In this document: piece by piece, positions 21,081-31,199 of the stretch
Layout of the letters: each line of letters opens with the position of its first letter
Position numbering within the stretch: the stretch's first letter is position 1
DNA from: an uncultured Bdellovibrionales bacterium
GTDB taxonomy: Bacteria > Bdellovibrionota_C > UBA2361 > SZUA-149 > CAZDIO01
Assembly (NCBI GenBank): GCA_964505555.1
Contig: CAZDIO010000125.1
Coordinates: 3,088 to 67,087, forward strand
Reading direction: 5' to 3'
DNA length: 64,000 bases
Position numbers and translations under genes: made by a program
The notes under the pieces: model-generated
Told to the model about the DNA's origin: nothing
What the model saw: the letters and a program-made list of their open reading frames with translations, nothing else
The model's database searches: none

Positions 21081-21500
21081 TTGAGGGAAGGGAAGTTGGC
21101 AAGGATTTTCTTTTTGCCTTTGGGATTTTTTAGCTTGGCGTTGGGCGTCGTGGGGATCTTTCTTCCGCTTCTGCCGACAACGCCCTTTCTCCTCCTTTCT
21201 GCCTTTTGCTTTGCACGGAGCTCCTCAAAAATCCACTCCTGGATGCTCTCTCACAAAACCCTCGGTGCCATCATTCATGATTGGCAACTTCATGGCGCTA
21301 TCGCACTAAAAGTAAAAATTCTTAGCTCCGCACTCCTCCTCTCAACAATGAGCTACTCAATACTCTGGAAGGAAAACTCAAAACCACTAACAGCTCTCCT
21401 TCTCTCGATCATGTCCGGGGCCCTCCTCTTCATTTGGTCAAGACCCTCTCGGCAACAAACAGAAATTGAACCGTCTTCAAACAAGCCAAACAAGCTATAA
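21081..21500 (+). CDS. DUF454 (YbaN-like) inner-membrane protein
   Basis: 139 aa. The motif GIFLPLLPTTPFLLLSAFCFARSS is the DUF454 signature. Confidence 0.65.
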   Translation: MREGKLARIFFLPLGFFSLALGVVGIFLPLLPTTPFLLLSAFCFARSSSKIHSWMLSHKTLGAIIHDWQLHGAIALKVKILSSALLLSTMSYSILWKENSKPLTALLLSIMSGALLFIWSRPSRQQTEIEPSSNKPNKL

Positions 21501-21563
21501 GGACATGAGAAGAGCAGTGGCGCAGCTCCCAACCTCCTCACCACGCCACCACTTATTTTTCAT

Positions 21564-22163
21564 CTAGTTCTTTATCGCTACACTTTCCTTCTTTGGAAAT
21601 TCACGATCAAGCACCTGATTCCACTCTTTTAGCTTCCCATCAGCCTTTGAGAGCACCCCTTTCGTGTCCCCTTCCACAGTAACTTTGAGCATTTTATCTC
21701 CCTGCTCAATCGCATTGACCACCTCTTGACCACTGGTCACCTGCCCAAACACTGAATGCTTACCATCAAGCCAAGGAGTTTCCTTATGGGTAATAAAAAA
21801 CTGACTCCCATTGGTATTCGGTCCACGATTCGCCATCGAGAATATTCCCGGCTTTGAATGCTTGAGACTAGAATCAAACTCATCCGTAAACGTATACCCT
21901 GGTCCCCCAGTCCCATTGCCCTGCGGATCCCCGGTCTGTACCATAAAATCCTTGATCACTCGGTGAAAAGCGAGCCCATTGTAATATCCACGTTCAACAA
22001 GATTAATGAAATTTGCTGTCGTCAGTGGAACTTTGTCAGCAAACAATTCCCCCTGAATCGTTCCTTTCGAAGTAACAATCGTCACCGTCGGGTTTGCTGC
22101 ATCTGCTGAATTAGAAAACAAAGCCATAATAAGCGCCCCAAATAAAAAGTTATACCGATTCAT
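21564..22163 (-). CDS. ppiA: Cyclophilin-type peptidyl-prolyl cis-trans isomerase, periplasmic (signal peptide)
   Basis: Cyclophilin motifs ([32 protein letters not shown]). The likely true start is MNRYNF… with a signal peptide ending at ADA. The ORF-track start at 22238 is probably an upstream in-frame extension. Confidence 0.8.
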   Translation of the reverse strand: MNRYNFLFGALIMALFSNSADAANPTVTIVTSKGTIQGELFADKVPLTTANFINLVERGYYNGLAFHRVIKDFMVQTGDPQGNGTGGPGYTFTDEFDSSLKHSKPGIFSMANRGPNTNGSQFFITHKETPWLDGKHSVFGQVTSGQEVVNAIEQGDKMLKVTVEGDTKGVLSKADGKLKEWNQVLDREFPKKESVAIKN

Positions 22164-22305
22164 AAAATCTTCTCCTTCATTTAAAAAAAGAGCCTCATCA
22201 AACAACAACACCCCCATCCATACTGCGGAAGAAGACAAAAAACAAATGAGGCTTGGATTTAAAAATTAATAAGATCTCCCTCGCAGCGGTTGCTCACAAA
22301 GGGAA

Positions 22306-22346
22306 GCTCACTAGTCTTTGGTCTTTACAGCCAAAGTCTAGTGAGC
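22306..22346. terminator. Strong near-perfect hairpin (16-bp stem) immediately 3' of the ECF sigma gene
   Basis: gctcactagtctttgg / tctttacag / ccaaagtctagtgagc has a single mismatch. On the minus strand a T-rich run follows it. Confidence 0.4.
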
Positions 22347-22368
22347 AACAAAACCGAGAAAGAACCTC

Positions 22369-23016
22369 TTAAACCGTATGAAGTTGTTGGACTACGTTTA
22401 TGGTAGTTAATGTAGTTTTTTCAGCACAACGAACATCGTCGTAGTATTTTCGTAAACGCCTGCGAAGCATCACTCGTGATCGGTGAAGTCGAGATTTCAC
22501 TGCAGGTATGGAAAGGCTTAAAATCTCTCCCACTTCTTTATTGGATAATCCATCAATATCTCGAAGTATAAAAACTGCTTTATATTCTTCAGGAAGTCTA
22601 CATATCGCTCTCTCCAACGCCACACGAAGCTGGCTTCGCAATACACGCCCATCAGTCCGCGCACCAAAATCGGTATCAGAACGATAATCAGATGGAATAT
22701 GTGGACAGAGCTCTTCAATGGAAACAGCATTTTGGTGTTTTCTTTTTCGCAATTTCATAAACGAAGCGTTTACCGTTATGCGATAGAGCCAGCTTGAAAA
22801 AGCAGATTTGCCTTGAAAATCTCGAAGCTTCTTATAGAGTGTGACAAACACATCTTGAAGCACTTCCTGTGCATCTTCGGGACTTTTCGTAAGGCGAAGG
22901 GCTAAATTGTAAACTTTCGTTTCGTAACGACAAATAAGTTCTTCAAAACTTTCAACGGAACCACCTAAGAAACACTCGATCAGTTCTTGATCCGGTCGGT
23001 CTACAACGCTCATCAT
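22369..23016 (-). CDS. ECF-subfamily RNA polymerase sigma-70 factor
   Basis: Region 2 (LYRITVNASFMKLRKRK) and region 4 (LSNKEVGEILSLSIPAVKSRLHRSR). No anti-sigma gene directly downstream. Confidence 0.8.
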   Translation of the reverse strand: MMSVVDRPDQELIECFLGGSVESFEELICRYETKVYNLALRLTKSPEDAQEVLQDVFVTLYKKLRDFQGKSAFSSWLYRITVNASFMKLRKRKHQNAVSIEELCPHIPSDYRSDTDFGARTDGRVLRSQLRVALERAICRLPEEYKAVFILRDIDGLSNKEVGEILSLSIPAVKSRLHRSRVMLRRRLRKYYDDVRCAEKTTLTTINVVQQLHTV

Positions 23017-23191
23017 AACCTAGCCCTCCAGGTATAAACAAATGTAAAAAACGCACAGCCAACGTCTCTAGCTTTACACAAATTAGCCAGGTTAGTTGTC
23101 ACAGGTTTGTAAAAAGGATTGGAATAATTGTAAAAAAACCTGGAAGCAGTAACCGTTACGACCTAATTAAAACAAGTTTCTACTTATAAAC

Positions 23192-23854
23192 CTAACTCAT
23201 TCGCGTACCGAACATTGTAGTCAGAAACTCCTTTCGATATCTACTGAGTCGATGCCTTTCTGAAAGAATTATTTTGTGTGAAAGTGCGGAGCTCTCATCA
23301 AGTTTAGAATTTAGAACAAAATAGTCTGAGAAATCAGGGGCTAACAACTGTTCAATCTCTTTTCTTGCAGTTTCAAGTCGTAAATCCATCTCCTCCTTGC
23401 TCTCGGCATTTCGCTGACGAAGACGCACCTTAAGGTCCTCCATCGATGGAGGAAACACAAAGATAGTTACCACCAGCCCTGGAAATAGCTTTTTGAGGCT
23501 CATCACTCCGTTGACCTCAATATCAAAAAGGATGTCTTTGCCCCCCTGAAACGCTGTCTCAACTTTTTGTTTTTCTGTGCCGTAGCGATGACCGCTAAAT
23601 ACGGCATGTTCTAGAAACAAACCGTTGTTAACTCTTTTATCAAACTCTTCCTCATCAACAAAAAAATAATCAATTCCCTCCCTCTCTCCTACACGAGGTT
23701 TTCTCGTTGTTGTTGAACAAGAAAGAACAAGGGCATTATCTCGTGTCACTAAATCACGACAAATACTTGATTTCCCACTCGCAGTGGGGCCACAAAAGCA
23801 AAAAAGTATGTTTTTGCGATCTGGTATCTGATCCACTTTTTGTATCTTACTCAA
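23192..23854 (-). CDS. gmk: Guanylate kinase
   Basis: P-loop GPTASGKSS and the guanylate kinase body (STTTRKPRVGE…GIDYFFV). Confidence 0.85.
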   Translation of the reverse strand: MSKIQKVDQIPDRKNILFCFCGPTASGKSSICRDLVTRDNALVLSCSTTTRKPRVGEREGIDYFFVDEEEFDKRVNNGLFLEHAVFSGHRYGTEKQKVETAFQGGKDILFDIEVNGVMSLKKLFPGLVVTIFVFPPSMEDLKVRLRQRNAESKEEMDLRLETARKEIEQLLAPDFSDYFVLNSKLDESSALSHKIILSERHRLSRYRKEFLTTMFGTRMS

Positions 23855-24743
23855 TGTTTAATACTTGTTCACGCATCTTTTCCACAAGCGCTTTCCCCTC
23901 AATGACTAAATTCACTATCTCGGTACTCTGCGCTTTTGATCCCGTAGTGTTAATCTCCCGCCCCATCTCCTGAAGGATAAACTCCAGCTTTCGTCCCGCT
24001 GCTTCCTCAGCAGCAATGGTTGAACGAAACTGTTCGCAGTGACTTTTTAATCGTAATAATTCCTCGCTCACATCAGAACGATCAGCAAGAATCGCAACTT
24101 CTTGTGATAATCTTTGGGGATCAACCAGTTCTTTATCTCCCAACAATTTATCTAACCGCGCCTGCAAACGTTGCTTGGAAAGTTCAGGAAGTTGCGAAGC
24201 AGCCTTTTCAAGCGCCTCCCGTACCTCTTCAAGTCTACCCAGCTGACCAAGAACCTCTCGTTGCAAAACTCCCCCTTCCCGCAAACGCATCGCCTGGAGC
24301 TTTCCCAATGCTTCTCGAAACGCCTGGAGTAAAAGGTCTTTTTCTTTAGGAAGATCAACTTCCGCAGGCATCACCTCAAGCACATCTCTTCGTAAAAGGA
24401 GTTGTGAAAGAGCCAAGGTAAACGCTTGTTTGTCTTTCACACCCGCTACCTTCATTGCTTGCTTCATAGAATCTACATAGGTTTTAAAAAACCCTTCCTG
24501 AAATACTATTTCATAAGTCGACTCGCCTAAGACAAGTCGATGCACTCCCACCTCCAGCCGCCCTCTCTTCAGTCCCTCTCGTGCAACAAGTTGCAACTCA
24601 TTTTCAAAAGAAGAATAAAGAGTAGGGAGTTTGCATGAAACATCCAAGAAGCGATGGTTAACAGACTTTACCTCCACCCGTAAGGAAATCCCATCACGTT
24701 CTATTCGCGCCTCTCCAAAACCGGTCATGCTATTTGCAGTCAT
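23847..24743 (-). CDS. yicC: YicC-family stress-induced protein (DUF1732/YicC_N)
   Basis: N-terminus MTGFGEA…VEVKSVNHRFLDV is the YicC signature. Overlaps gmk by 8 nt, the classic yicC-gmk pair. Confidence 0.8.
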   Translation of the reverse strand: MTANSMTGFGEARIERDGISLRVEVKSVNHRFLDVSCKLPTLYSSFENELQLVAREGLKRGRLEVGVHRLVLGESTYEIVFQEGFFKTYVDSMKQAMKVAGVKDKQAFTLALSQLLLRRDVLEVMPAEVDLPKEKDLLLQAFREALGKLQAMRLREGGVLQREVLGQLGRLEEVREALEKAASQLPELSKQRLQARLDKLLGDKELVDPQRLSQEVAILADRSDVSEELLRLKSHCEQFRSTIAAEEAAGRKLEFILQEMGREINTTGSKAQSTEIVNLVIEGKALVEKMREQVLNIE

Positions 24744-24798
24744 ATTTCCTATATCCGAAGCATCACAGGAGATCTCGGGATTCTTTCCAATCTTTTAA

Positions 24799-25812
24799 CT
24801 ATTCTTCTTTTACAGCTTCTTTTAATTGTGCCGCAGTGACAGCAACAGTGCCCACCTCACCGATCACTATCCCAGCAGCTCTATTGGCAAGCTCTGCAGC
24901 TTCCGCAGGCGTAGCGCCCGCGGTGAGGGCCAACATGAAAACAGCTGACACCGTATCTCCCGCACCCGATACGTCATAGACCTCTCGTGAACGAGTTTCG
25001 ATCTCTACGGCATTGTTTGGACCTTCCTCTCTTGAAACAAGCACCATTCCCTCTTCACCCAAAGTAATGAGCACCATTTCAGCACTCCAGCGGGCAAGCA
25101 GCACTTTGCCCGCCTCTTTTGCACTTGCACGATCACCAATCACAACACCGCTCGCTTCCTGCGCTTCAATCCGGTTTGGCTTCATAATCGTTGCTCCACC
25201 ATACATTGAAAAATGCGGCGCCTTTGGATCAACAAGAACTGGGACTTTGGCTCTCCCGATCACTCCGTCTTTGACTCCTTGCCGAATCTTATCAAAAACA
25301 GCAGGAACAATGGCGCCCTTGGCATAATCAGAAATAATTACTCCTTTACTAACAAGCAACTTCGCCTGCATCGCACCACAGAGTCCTTGTGCATAAGCTT
25401 CTGCTAGTGGCTTCACCTCTTCGCGATCTACTCGAACCACTTGTTGGCCATGAGCGATAACACGGGTTTTAACAGTGGTTGGTCGCTGACGATCTACTAA
25501 AACACCATCCGTTTTCATGCCGCTTGCATCAAGAAGCGCTAGCAGTTCTCGACCCTCTTTGTCATCACCAACAACACCACAGAGCGAAACTTGCGCACCA
25601 AGAGAGATTAAGTTTTGCGCCACATTGCCCGCTCCGCCGGGGCGCTTATCTTCTTCGCTCACTTGCACCACTACCACTGGTGCCTCGGGAGAGATCCGAT
25701 TGACCTTCCCCCAAATATAGTGATCAAGAATAAGATCGCCTACAACAAGTATTGGTGTGTCCTGAAAAGAATTGATCAGTGAAAGTAATCTCTCTTCATT
25801 TTTTTTCATCAA
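24799..25812 (-). CDS. hldA: D-glycero-beta-D-manno-heptose-7-phosphate kinase (RfaE domain I, stand-alone)
   Basis: 337 aa in the PfkB/ribokinase fold. The N-terminus [29 protein letters not shown] is typical of the HldE kinase domain. Confidence 0.75.
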   Translation of the reverse strand: [337 protein letters not shown]

Positions 25813-26659
25813 AACTACCTCCCTGCTTCAATTCGTTTGCCTTTAAGAAATAAATCTCCCAGAGTTTTGCATACTTCATAAAGGTGTAATAAGACTCCGC
25901 CACCGCAACAATAAACCCTGCAATCCCTTCGCGATATCCCTTTTTCAACACAAAGAATTTAAAGAATCTAAACACCGGATTAAAAATAAGTTGGCGAAGC
26001 TTAAATTTTCGACCACGCTCATATTCTTCTCGTGCAGCAATCATCGAGTAATTCTGCAGTCGCTGGAAATGGTCATCCATGCTTTTATAAGTGTAGTGGT
26101 ATAATTCTCCCCGTAAGGTTGAAGTGGGACCTTCTACTATTGCTTTTTCATGAGGATCGATTCCGCCCCAAGTCGTTGCCGACTTCTTAAAAAAACGCAG
26201 CCGATGTTCAGGATACCACCCACCGTTTCGCCACCAACGATTCAAATAATACACCACACGGTTAATATAGTAACCAACCGCTCCGTCTTCTTTATTTGGA
26301 TCTTCTTTTTCAGCTCTTAATACTTCAAGGATACTCTCCCGAAGTTCGTCAGACACCCTCTCATCCGCATCGAGATTCAGCACCCAGTCGTAAGTTGCAC
26401 AACTCAAACCAAAGGTTTTTTGGTTTTTAAATCCGGGCCACTTGCGCTGAACTACCTTTGCACCAAGAGCCTCAGCAATCGAAACCGTGTTATCGTTGGA
26501 AAAAGAATCAATAACGACAATTTCATCACAAAACGCAATGCTCCGTAAGCAGTCTCCGATATTGTCTTGCTCGTTATAACAGATAATAAAAGCCGAAACT
26601 GGCTCCCGCTCAAGCGATAATTTTTTTTCAATACGTGTGCTCTCTTCGGCGCCCATCAT
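25796..26659 (-). CDS. Family-2 glycosyltransferase (LPS core GT, WaaE/KdtX-like)
   Basis: GT2 fold (SAFIICYNEQDNI…VIDSFSNDNT…LDADE). Confidence 0.7.
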   Translation of the reverse strand: MMGAEESTRIEKKLSLEREPVSAFIICYNEQDNIGDCLRSIAFCDEIVVIDSFSNDNTVSIAEALGAKVVQRKWPGFKNQKTFGLSCATYDWVLNLDADERVSDELRESILEVLRAEKEDPNKEDGAVGYYINRVVYYLNRWWRNGGWYPEHRLRFFKKSATTWGGIDPHEKAIVEGPTSTLRGELYHYTYKSMDDHFQRLQNYSMIAAREEYERGRKFKLRQLIFNPVFRFFKFFVLKKGYREGIAGFIVAVAESYYTFMKYAKLWEIYFLKANELKQGGSFDEKK

Positions 26660-26668
26660 CTCTTTCGT

Positions 26669-27448
26669 TTAGTCAACAAATCGATATTTAATAATTGTCC
26701 AGAGCGCTTCAAATCCATCTTTCATGCCGATTTTCTTCCCTTCTTCATAGGTACGCCCTGAATAGCTTATGGGAACCTCATAGATTCGCAACTTTTTCTT
26801 GGCAACTTTTGCAGTAATCTCCGGTTCAAAATTGAACCGGTCAGAACGGATCGTAATCTCGTCAAAGATCTTGCGACGAAATACTTTATATCCAACCTCC
26901 ATATCGCTGAGGTTGAGATTCGTAAACACGTTTGAGAGAAACGTAAGCATTCGATTCACCACATAGTGCCAAAAAAACAACACTCGGTGCGGACCACCAA
27001 GAAACCGCGAACCAAACACGACATCTGCTCGACCATCACAGATCGGCTCGAGGAGTCGTGGATAATCTTTGGGATCATATTCGAGATCCGCATCTTGGAT
27101 AAGCACGATCTCGCCTCGCGCACTCCCAATGCCCGAGCGGATCGCTGCTCCCTTCCCTTGATTGTGGTGATGATAATGGATCTCCACTCCGGGGCGCTTT
27201 TCTTGGGCTATCTCCGCAAGCACGTCCCTCGTCCCGTCACTTGATCCATCGTCAATAATAATAATCTGCGTTGCAAGTCCAGTTCGTTCAATCCGGGAAA
27301 GGATCTCTCGAATGGTAGATTTTTCATTATAAACGGGGACAATAACAGAAAGAGTATGCTCTTTTGTTTGTTGACTACCCCCACGAGTATCCCAAAGTCC
27401 TTCCCCCATGTTCTCTCCCTCTCCCCTTCTCCTATAACGGTCAAACAA
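26669..27448 (-). CDS. Family-2 glycosyltransferase (DPM1-like)
   Basis: LSVIVPVYNEKSTI…IIIDDGSSDGT…IQDADLEYDP. The true start may be an internal Met (MGEGLW…). Confidence 0.7.
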   Translation of the reverse strand: MFDRYRRRGEGENMGEGLWDTRGGSQQTKEHTLSVIVPVYNEKSTIREILSRIERTGLATQIIIIDDGSSDGTRDVLAEIAQEKRPGVEIHYHHHNQGKGAAIRSGIGSARGEIVLIQDADLEYDPKDYPRLLEPICDGRADVVFGSRFLGGPHRVLFFWHYVVNRMLTFLSNVFTNLNLSDMEVGYKVFRRKIFDEITIRSDRFNFEPEITAKVAKKKLRIYEVPISYSGRTYEEGKKIGMKDGFEALWTIIKYRFVD

Positions 27449-27533
27449 TAATTAATCTGACTTTGACCAGATCGATAGTGCAAACTGCGGTGGTATTTCA
27501 TGGCCGCAGCTCACCTATGTATTTCGGGGAAGC

Positions 27534-28664
27534 TTACTTGATTTTGAGCTCTTTCTCAATTTCCTCTTTTTGGACTCTCCCTACCGGAGTTTTCCCTTGC
27601 TTGAGCAGTGCTTCTACTTGCCGGAGCACATCTTCCACAGAGATCTTTCGCATACAGAGATTATTAAGACCTGGACATTCTCGAAGATAACAAGGCGCAC
27701 AAGGAACATCCGATTGGAGAACATACTGCTCACTGCCATAGGGGGCAGATCGCAACGGACTTGTTGCCCCCCAGAGAGAGATTACTGGCGTTCCCACTGC
27801 TGCCGCAATATGCATCGGTCCCGAATCTGATCCGATAGCAAATAAAACATCTAAAAACACCGCTTTGAGTTCTCGAAGTTTTGTCTTCTCAACGAGATTC
27901 AAAACACGACCTGGCAACACACCTCTCATTATTTGATCCGCAACAACCCTCTCACTCTTCCCCCCAATCAGTATAGAAATCACCCCAAACCGACGAAACA
28001 TCTCTTCAATGAGCGCTTGATAATATTCGGAGGGCCAAAACCGACTTTTCCAGGAAGAACCCAAAATGAGGGCTACTCGTTTAGAACTTTCCGGAAGAGA
28101 GGAGAAACCTTGAACTTGACTCTGTTCTCTCCACAGCAAATCCAATTGCGTCTGAGTCTCATGATCAACCGTAAGACCAAACTCCAAAGGTGTGCTCTCT
28201 GTAAGACCAAGAAAATCTCCAAATTTTTGATAATGGAGGATTTTAGGAAGGGGGGCGTCAATTTCCTCGATATGGTAGTTATTAAAAAACCAGTTACCCT
28301 CTTTGGCGTTTTTTCTTGCAAATCCGAGTCGAAATGATGATCCCGTAGAATAACTTGTAAATCCACTCTTTAAGTGCCGTTGCAGATCAAAAACGAGGTC
28401 GAATTTCTCATCCCGGAGCTCTTGCAAGAATGCTCGATACGCAGAAAACCCCCCAGGGCGATTAAAGACAATGATCCGATCAATCGCAGTATGCCCTTCA
28501 AGAACCCCAAAGGACTTTGGCTCAACTGCCCAGGCAAGATAGACCGCGGGCCATTCTTTTTTTATTCGAAGGGCAAGCGGAAGCGCTCGGGTAACATCAC
28601 CAATCGCTCCGAGGAGCACAATGAGCACCTTTTTTGGTGCTGGGATATTGAGCGCTTCATTCAT
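27534..28664 (-). CDS. ADP-heptose:LPS heptosyltransferase (GT9)
   Basis: GT9 N-terminus KKVLIVLLGAIGDVTRALP. I place the start at MNEALNIP (28664) because the upstream ORF-track extension overlaps the kinase gene in another frame. Confidence 0.7.
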   Translation of the reverse strand: MNEALNIPAPKKVLIVLLGAIGDVTRALPLALRIKKEWPAVYLAWAVEPKSFGVLEGHTAIDRIIVFNRPGGFSAYRAFLQELRDEKFDLVFDLQRHLKSGFTSYSTGSSFRLGFARKNAKEGNWFFNNYHIEEIDAPLPKILHYQKFGDFLGLTESTPLEFGLTVDHETQTQLDLLWREQSQVQGFSSLPESSKRVALILGSSWKSRFWPSEYYQALIEEMFRRFGVISILIGGKSERVVADQIMRGVLPGRVLNLVEKTKLRELKAVFLDVLFAIGSDSGPMHIAAAVGTPVISLWGATSPLRSAPYGSEQYVLQSDVPCAPCYLRECPGLNNLCMRKISVEDVLRQVEALLKQGKTPVGRVQKEEIEKELKIK

Positions 28665-29478
28665 GTTTCCCAAAAAGTCCTCTCTCAAACGGCTCAGTAG
28701 CAACATTCTCAAGATGATGCTTTTTTGCCGATCTTCGCCATCGTTTTGCAAGCTGCCTCGTTTGCATGAGCTTTTTTTCTGGATATTGAAACTCTCGGGC
28801 CTTATCAAAGTCAATGAGGGAGAGCTCTCCATCGCTCCCATACAATACATTTCCAATATGAAGATCGGGGTGAGAAACTCCCTGCTCAAGCATCCGCCTA
28901 GCAAGCTGTCCGGTTCGATAACAGAGATGTGAAAATGCTTTTTGTTGAAGCACATCCCCTCGGGCCATCGAGATGAGATCGAGCAAATTTCTCGAAGATT
29001 CAATATGCAGCATGATTAACATCGCTTGGTAGAAATGACCAAAAGCACATGTCTTAATATATGCCCCTACGGGAAAAGGAACAGGAAGTTTCGCCTGATG
29101 AAGTTTTGAAAGAATCGCAAGCTCAGCTATTGGTCGAAAGCGTGGCTGAGAAAGTCGAAAAAACGGGTTTGAAAAGAATGTTTTTTTTAAGAAAAACCTT
29201 ATATATCCTCCTCGATACAGAGGGCGAAAGACCAAACTCCCTACACCAGAAAGAGAAAAGAATTTCACTCCCCTTCTGCCCATCTGGCCAAACTCCTGCT
29301 TCTCCTTGGATCTCCCCAAAAGTTCGATAAATGCCTGCCGTGCTTCATCAACGATTGGGAGATAATGAGGTTGATAGTTTGTGTGAAGACAAAATATTTC
29401 GCCACGATCAAGCCGCTTACAAATAAAGCTCATTTCTGAAAATACCAACCTTTCTTCGGAAACCAGCTCTGCTGCCAT
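28657..29478 (-). CDS. Kdo/LPS-core kinase family protein (KdkA/WaaP-like)
   Basis: Eukaryotic-like kinase catalytic motifs HPDLHIGNVLY and LIDFDKA, in the context of LPS core genes. Confidence 0.65.
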   Translation of the reverse strand: MAAELVSEERLVFSEMSFICKRLDRGEIFCLHTNYQPHYLPIVDEARQAFIELLGRSKEKQEFGQMGRRGVKFFSLSGVGSLVFRPLYRGGYIRFFLKKTFFSNPFFRLSQPRFRPIAELAILSKLHQAKLPVPFPVGAYIKTCAFGHFYQAMLIMLHIESSRNLLDLISMARGDVLQQKAFSHLCYRTGQLARRMLEQGVSHPDLHIGNVLYGSDGELSLIDFDKAREFQYPEKKLMQTRQLAKRWRRSAKKHHLENVATEPFERGLFGKHE

Positions 29479-29484
29479 GGGGGT

Positions 29485-30546
29485 TTACTCGCTTGTCGTT
29501 CCAGCAGTCAAACCGCTCTGAGATCTGCGCGTGAACTCCAGAAGGTTTGAAATTCCTGAAATGACCTCTAGAGGTAAAAGATTTTTCTGACAAGCGTGCG
29601 TCCCTGTTGGACAGATCTCTCCACCATGCCGTCCGCAGGGTCTGCAAGAAAGCCCCTCCACACCAAGAATCCGTGAGGGCACCTTCCATGGTGTATATCC
29701 AAACTCTGGCACGGTTGCACAAAATAACGCAACAACCGGAGTTTGCACCGCCGATGCCATATGCAGAGGCGCCGTATCATTAGCAAGAAGGAGCTCTAAA
29801 CACTTAATAACCGCAACCGAGACCAGCAGTGAGGTGCTCCCGCAAAGATTGAGGCACTGAACTCCTGCCTCCCTTTCGATCTCCTCAGAAAGGATTCGAT
29901 CTCTCTCTCCACCAAGGAGCACTACCCCAAATCCTCGTTGAGAAAAGTTTCGTACCACCTCAGAAAATCCTTCTTTGGTCCACCGCTTTGTCGCCCAGAC
30001 GCTTCCCGGAGCAACTCCAAGGATCGGCATTCCTTCAAACACTTTCAGGAGCTCCGTGGCCTGATTCTTCGCAACTTCGCTGAGTTCTATGTGCAAGTTC
30101 GATTCAAGGTGCTCAGGATCTTCGCCCACATTTCTAAAAATCGCTAAATTCCTTAACACCTCATGAGCGAGATCCCGTCTCGGCGCCGTCTGTGTATAAA
30201 ACATCTGTCCCGACGCCTCAGAAAACCCATATCGCTTTGGAATTCGAGCAAGCCATAAAAGCAATGCGGTCCTCCATGATTTATGGAGGCTAAAAACTAT
30301 TTGAAATTGTTTTTCTCGAAGGAGCGCGCTCATCTTCAAAAGCCCGCTCATTCCACGCATAGATCTCCGCTTGTCAAATATGAGGATCTCCTTCAATTCT
30401 GGATGATGCTGCACCAGCTCTGCCGCATCGGGAGTAGTCATAAAGAAAAGTTCTGCTTGCGGATAGAGTTTGCGAAGACTTGCTATTGTCGGAGTAGATA
30501 AAACTACATCACCAAGAAACCCAGTTTGCACAAGGAGAATCTTCAT
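29485..30546 (-). CDS. ADP-heptose:LPS heptosyltransferase II-like (GT9)
   Basis: MKILLVQTGFLGDVVLSTP and GT9 family similarity throughout. Confidence 0.75.
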   Translation of the reverse strand: MKILLVQTGFLGDVVLSTPTIASLRKLYPQAELFFMTTPDAAELVQHHPELKEILIFDKRRSMRGMSGLLKMSALLREKQFQIVFSLHKSWRTALLLWLARIPKRYGFSEASGQMFYTQTAPRRDLAHEVLRNLAIFRNVGEDPEHLESNLHIELSEVAKNQATELLKVFEGMPILGVAPGSVWATKRWTKEGFSEVVRNFSQRGFGVVLLGGERDRILSEEIEREAGVQCLNLCGSTSLLVSVAVIKCLELLLANDTAPLHMASAVQTPVVALFCATVPEFGYTPWKVPSRILGVEGLSCRPCGRHGGEICPTGTHACQKNLLPLEVISGISNLLEFTRRSQSGLTAGTTSE

Positions 30547-30566
30547 TCAACACTTCAACTCCACAT

Positions 30567-31199
30567 CTATTGAATCGTAACACGTTTTGTTACAGAAGCG
30601 TTTTTAGAAGAGACGAGATCTCGGAAAGTAAATATAATATCGTATGTTCCCTGAGGAGCTCCGGTAAGCGCAATCTCCAAGTTAAAATATAACGCGTACA
30701 TCGGTTCTGAGTAGACCTGAGTTTTTCGAATCAGATCTTTTCGAGCATCAAGCACGCGCCCCTCAGCTGAGCGAATCTCCACATCGACAGCAAGAAGATA
30801 TGAGTAGCGCTCAGCCTCCATTCGGAAATCATAATACTTCGGCTCAGCATAAAAAATGAGCGGTTCATCACTGCGGTAGGTTGAGCTTTTTCGAAGCTCT
30901 CTATCTCCGTAGGATCCAGCATATCGCGTTACAGCTGCAAAATTTGAAACCTGAAACTCATTTTTTGCCCACAAGGCCGCCGTCAAGCGCCCACATGCGC
31001 GCACAGCTTCTCCATATTGCTTATTTTTTACCGCTGATTGACATGGCGAGAGCAGTCCCCCAAGCTCATCTTGACTACTAAAATCTGCCGCGTAAAGTCG
31101 CTGAGGTATCGCAAAGCTAAAAAATAAAAGGACCCACATTCCCACGAAATTTACAAACCACATCTCTCGTTTTTGCATCATGTTCATCCTTTCTTTCAC
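30567..31199 (-). CDS. Hypothetical secreted/periplasmic protein
   Basis: N-terminal hydrophobic signal/anchor. No recognisable domain. Confidence 0.4.
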   Translation of the reverse strand: MKERMNMMQKREMWFVNFVGMWVLLFFSFAIPQRLYAADFSSQDELGGLLSPCQSAVKNKQYGEAVRACGRLTAALWAKNEFQVSNFAAVTRYAGSYGDRELRKSSTYRSDEPLIFYAEPKYYDFRMEAERYSYLLAVDVEIRSAEGRVLDARKDLIRKTQVYSEPMYALYFNLEIALTGAPQGTYDIIFTFRDLVSSKNASVTKRVTIQ

